From an uncultured Methanosarcinales archaeon (GTDB taxonomy: Archaea; Nanobdellota; Nanobdellia; Woesearchaeales; GW2011-AR9), in NCBI GenBank assembly GCA_964594395.1, contig CAZQLW010000005.1:1-39985 (forward strand): 39,985 bases of DNA, given 5' to 3'. The notes under the pieces were generated by a model that was given only the letters and a program-made list of their open reading frames with translations, did not search any database and was not told the DNA's origin. A program made the translations under genes and the position numbers. Each line of letters opens with the position of its first letter. Position 1 is the first letter of the stretch. Below, in pieces: positions 37,761 through 39,985 of the stretch.

Positions 37761-38099
37761 ATGAGTTTAGTTGAAAAAGTTAAAGCAAACATTGGAAAAG
37801 CTGCTTTAGTAGCTGCAATTCCAGTTATAATGGGTGGTTGTTTGCCAGTAAGAGTTCATGTACCAACGCCTGTATCATATGTTGTAAGTGTGGGCAATGG
37901 GAGATGCCATAAGCATGGGAATTATAAACATTGTCATGGGACTCACGGACCGCATAGTCATGGACATAAAAAAAAGTATCATCACGGACATAAATATCAT
38001 GGACATAAACATGGATATCATCATGGTCACGGACACAAGCATGGACATAAACATGGATATCACCATGGACATAAACATAGGATTAGAATACGTTGGTAA
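37761..38099 (+). CDS. His/Gly-repeat putative lipoprotein; start set at ATG 37761
   Basis: IMGGC lipobox; HGHK/HGYH repeats; GGAGGT SD. Confidence 0.8.
   Translation: MSLVEKVKANIGKAALVAAIPVIMGGCLPVRVHVPTPVSYVVSVGNGRCHKHGNYKHCHGTHGPHSHGHKKKYHHGHKYHGHKHGYHHGHGHKHGHKHGYHHGHKHRIRIRW
37959..38078 (+). repeat. Imperfect coding repeats CATGGACATAAA (HGHK)
   Basis: Several near-identical units read directly. Confidence 0.75.
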
Positions 38100-38116
38100 T
38101 TAGGAGGGAAAATAAA

Positions 38117-38335
38117 ATGTTAGATAAAATCATGGAAAAACCAAAAATGTACGTTGCTGCTGTTGTGGTTGCTGCTTCATTAGTTGGTTGTGGACCTAAC
38201 CAATATGAAATAATGCAGAAACAACAAGAAGAGCAAAGAAAAATCTATCAAACTGAAAGAATTAGATCTCACGCAAACGAAGATCATAAAGATTTAGACA
38301 GCCAATTTGAAGAAAAGAAAGATTCATGGAAATAA
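38117..38335 (+). CDS. Small putative lipoprotein; start set at ATG 38117
   Basis: SLVGC lipobox; AGGAGG SD. Confidence 0.75.
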   Translation: MLDKIMEKPKMYVAAVVVAASLVGCGPNQYEIMQKQQEEQRKIYQTERIRSHANEDHKDLDSQFEEKKDSWK

Positions 38336-38706
38336 AAAATAAACTTTTAAAACCAGTAGTTCTTGGATTAACTTATCTAGTTTTAGCTACTGGTTGTTCT
38401 TCAAATCAAGTTTCTAAACAACAAAATTTTGATTTTCGCGCTTACCAAATGCAGGAGGAGATTATTCGGATCAGAAATGAACGGACTAGATTTTATTTAC
38501 AAACTTCTGCTGGGATGAAAAGTGGTACTGTAAAAACCAGAAAATGGAAAAATGGTTACGTTGTAATTGAAGGAGACTGTTCTCCAGTAAAAAGTAGAAG
38601 TTACAGAGAAGCTTTACATCAAGCTGACACAAATGGTGACGGTTGGGTTTCTCTTAATGAAGCGAAGAAATATTATCGTCAAACAATTGAGGATCGAATA
38701 AGATGA
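38326..38706 (+). CDS. Putative lipoprotein with EF-hand
   Basis: LATGC lipobox; DTNGDGWVSLNE Ca-binding loop. Confidence 0.78.
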   Translation: MEIKNKLLKPVVLGLTYLVLATGCSSNQVSKQQNFDFRAYQMQEEIIRIRNERTRFYLQTSAGMKSGTVKTRKWKNGYVVIEGDCSPVKSRSYREALHQADTNGDGWVSLNEAKKYYRQTIEDRIR

Positions 38707-38999
38707 AATATTTTGATATTGTTAATAAAATACCTAGTTATGAATTGGTTGGGGAAGATTGTAAGATTTTTGCTAAAGATTATTTGGATTATATTTTAAA
38801 GTATGATCTTTCTCATGAGGATAGTAGGACATTGGATTTAGGTAAGATTGTTGGATGTTTAAATGAAAAAGTTAATGAAAAAGTTAAGATTCCTGGTTCT
38901 TATACTAGTAGTAGAAGGCCATTAGTAACGATTAAAGTTAACCTTGAAAGAAAAAAGAAAGCTCAACAGATGTTAGAATTATTAAATGAGTATTGTTAA
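38703..38999 (+). CDS. Hypothetical protein without signal peptide
   Basis: ATGA-coupled ORF. Confidence 0.65.
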   Translation: MKYFDIVNKIPSYELVGEDCKIFAKDYLDYILKYDLSHEDSRTLDLGKIVGCLNEKVNEKVKIPGSYTSSRRPLVTIKVNLERKKKAQQMLELLNEYC

Positions 39000-39001
39000 A
39001 A

Positions 39002-39514
39002 ATGTTAAAAAAAATATTACCCCTTTGTATGACTGCTTTAATGTTAACTACTTCTTGCGCTAGCATTAACAAATATTTGCATCGAAATGTTACACATAAA
39101 AAAGTTGGTTTTGGTTACAGTTTATCACAAACTCCAGAAGATTGGAAACAGGGCGGAGAAATAATGGTAAAAATGTATCGTAATAATCGTAACACTAGTA
39201 AAAACAAAAATATTAATTCTTCAGGAGAATATTCGGTTAATTTGTTATCGACCGGTTCTGAGATTGATTTATACGAATTTGGTTTAACTCATGGTTTTGG
39301 TAAATATAATCCTAAATCTAAAGATTCTTTAGAATTATTGGTTGGTGTTTTAAGGATGGGGATTAATTCTGAAAGTAAAATAATGTGGACTCCGGAAGTA
39401 AAATTAGGTATGGATTTGTATCCTTTTTACTTACAGACAGGAGTAGATTTTTATTTACATGAAAGTGGAGATTTTAATGCTGGTTTTGGTTTTAACGGCG
39501 GGTTATTATTTTAA
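39002..39514 (+). CDS. Putative lipoprotein with beta-strand-rich C-terminus ending in Phe; start set at ATG 39002
   Basis: LTTSC lipobox; alternating Gly/aromatic strands. Confidence 0.72.
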   Translation: MLKKILPLCMTALMLTTSCASINKYLHRNVTHKKVGFGYSLSQTPEDWKQGGEIMVKMYRNNRNTSKNKNINSSGEYSVNLLSTGSEIDLYEFGLTHGFGKYNPKSKDSLELLVGVLRMGINSESKIMWTPEVKLGMDLYPFYLQTGVDFYLHESGDFNAGFGFNGGLLF

Positions 39515-39602
39515 CTATTAATTAGTAGTAATAAAACGAAAAATTTATAAATGAAACTTGCTTCTAGATTATATATTAAGATGATTATGAGGAATATATA
39601 AA

Positions 39603-39842
39603 ATGGCAATGAAAAAAATATTTACAGGATTAGCATTAATTGCTGCTTTAGGTGGATGTAATGGAGATTCAACACATAAATTAAATGCAAGTTCAATAAA
39701 CTTACAAATTCCAGCAACACTCTACAGAGGAAGTGCCATTGCTGCTGCTGATATGGATAATGATGGAGACATTGATATTTTAGCTACAGATGGAGAAGGA
39801 AATGTTTCTTTGTATAAGAACAAAGGAAATAATCAATTTTAA
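39603..39842 (+). CDS. Small putative lipoprotein with one FG-GAP/VCBS-like repeat
   Basis: ALGGC lipobox; ADMDNDGDIDIL...YKNKG; own TATA at ~39539-39551. Confidence 0.8.
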   Translation: MAMKKIFTGLALIAALGGCNGDSTHKLNASSINLQIPATLYRGSAIAAADMDNDGDIDILATDGEGNVSLYKNKGNNQF

Positions 39843-39860
39843 TTACGAGGAATAAATAAA

Positions 39861-39985
39861 ATGAAAATAAATGATATTGTTAATAGTGGAAAAAAATTAC
39901 TAGTTGGAATTACAGCTTTAACTGCTTTAGGTGGCTGTGCAACTACTGCAACTTATGACGTTAATCAATTCTGTGGAACTAATCC
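39861..39985 (+). CDS. Putative lipoprotein, truncated by the window end (absent from the ORF track)
   Basis: Manual translation MKINDIVNSGKKLLVGITALTALGGCATTATYDVNQFCGTN; GAGG SD. Confidence 0.75.
   Translation, partial: MKINDIVNSGKKLLVGITALTALGGCATTATYDVNQFCGTN

Noticed and set aside
677-38103. Many antisense and alternate-frame ORFs in the track (e.g. 677-1021, 7550-7906, 11617-12096, 34405-34689, 37888-38103)
   Set aside because: They overlap well-supported genes and are shadows of biased codon usage or repeats
35456-39985. Integrated provirus or island at tRNA-Thr
   Set aside because: No integrase, capsid or replication gene and no duplicated tRNA 3' end inside the window; cannot be excluded beyond the edge
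36390-39985. Integron cassette array
   Set aside because: Genes overlap or have very short spacers, leaving no room for attC-like palindromes, and no integron integrase is adjacent

Overview
AT-rich archaeal chromosome segment, most consistent with a DPANN archaeon of the Woesearchaeota/Nanobdellota type (inferred from archaeal r-proteins, BRE-TATA promoters, fibrillarin/Nop5 and a bacterial-type GAPDH). Bases 1-19.9 kb are core genes: gap, ferredoxin, nop5-flpA and the complete L3-to-L15/SecY ribosomal superoperon, which carries three GC-rich structured non-coding elements. Bases 19.9-35.5 kb are mixed: a two-intron tRNA-Ile, an operon of three P-loop nucleoside/nucleotide kinase-like genes, a radical SAM protein, an atypical topoisomerase IB-like protein, S19e-L39e-L31e, a Cas4/RecB-like nuclease, HtpX, a candidate small RNA, HerA and ScpA. 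The most striking element is a LAGLIDADG homing endonuclease gene placed between an orphan tRNA 5' fragment and an intact intron-containing tRNA-Thr(UGU). Its last codons and stop codon are the first 15 nt of that tRNA. The window ends in an array of short lipobox-bearing secreted proteins with shared signal-peptide DNA and unrelated cargo, transcribed divergently from an AbrB/PhoU-like regulator. All calls come from reading motifs by eye; no database searches or folding programs were run.
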